Origin: Candidatus Latescibacterota bacterium
GTDB taxonomy: Bacteria > Latescibacterota > UBA2968 > GCA-2709665
Assembly: GCA_963667175.2 (NCBI GenBank)
Contig: CAXXXF010000004.1
Location: forward strand, 96,001-160,000
Length of the DNA stretch: 64,000 bases
Reading direction: 5' to 3'
A model generated the notes under the pieces. The model saw only the letters and a list, made by a program, of their open reading frames with translations, ran no database searches and was not told the origin of the DNA. Positions 63,754-64,000 of the stretch are shown here, piece after piece (the stretch's first letter is position 1; every line of letters begins with the position of its first letter). The position numbers and the translations under genes were made by a program.

Positions 63754-64000
63754 GTGCGCCGTGGGAAGGCGCGGATCTCCAGTGGGTGAGAGTCCCAACC
63801 CGACAAGTGTTGCTACAGTCGGTAGCAACCGGAGCAGGGACGTAGGTAACGAAATCTCTGAAGCCTCCGGTGTAAAGGGTCGCAAGGCGACCCCGCGAGT
63901 ATGCAGGCCGTAACGCGCAGTGAACGCTGAGCAGGCCTCGAAAACGTTAATGCGGGAGCCGACCCGATTGTCAGCCGGGGAAGGCCGCCGTCGTTGGAAA
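63754..64000 (+). mobile_element. Group II intron, 5' part (runs off window)
   Basis: GTGCGCCGTG start; homologous to but not identical with 47201-47445. Confidence 0.88.

Overview
A bacterial window that looks like a mosaic of accessory DNA. The dockerin/EF-hand-tailed WD40 protein and the REP repertoire are reminiscent of sponge-associated Latescibacterota/Gemmatimonadota/Poribacteria-like genomes, but that is inference only. 1-18.5 kb: a GPP34(GOLPH3)-cytochrome P450 fusion with an acyltransferase and a GT1 glycosyltransferase, a transsulfuration lyase, katG, bcp, transporters, hydrolases, and a probable UGSC-family selenoprotein split by an in-frame TGA with a SECIS-like hairpin. 18.9-28.2 kb: a defence island with a Hachiman-like nuclease/Ski2 helicase pair, a SIR2-like protein coupled to a small Cys-rich protein, and a DUF3883 nuclease. 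28.3-42.7 kb: catabolic and uptake genes (GGT, SSS symporter, M19 dipeptidase, transglutaminase-like protein, DgoD-like dehydratase, NitT/TauT ABC transporter) and a TetM-like ribosomal protection GTPase. 43-64 kb: a mobile and decaying zone with an XRE/DUF4258 pair, an IS1595 remnant, one complete and one partial group II intron, IS1380, IS630, three HEPN genes (two are paralogous AbiU2-like copies in homologous REP-bounded units), a disrupted metzincin-WD40-cohesin-dockerin gene and several gene stubs. Intergenic DNA is dense with REP/MITE-like palindromes, including a 30-35 bp hairpin inserted at G|C inside other repeats. Several single-base frameshifts could be sequencing errors. No rRNA, tRNA or CRISPR array was seen. 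Family assignments are from motif recognition, not database searches.
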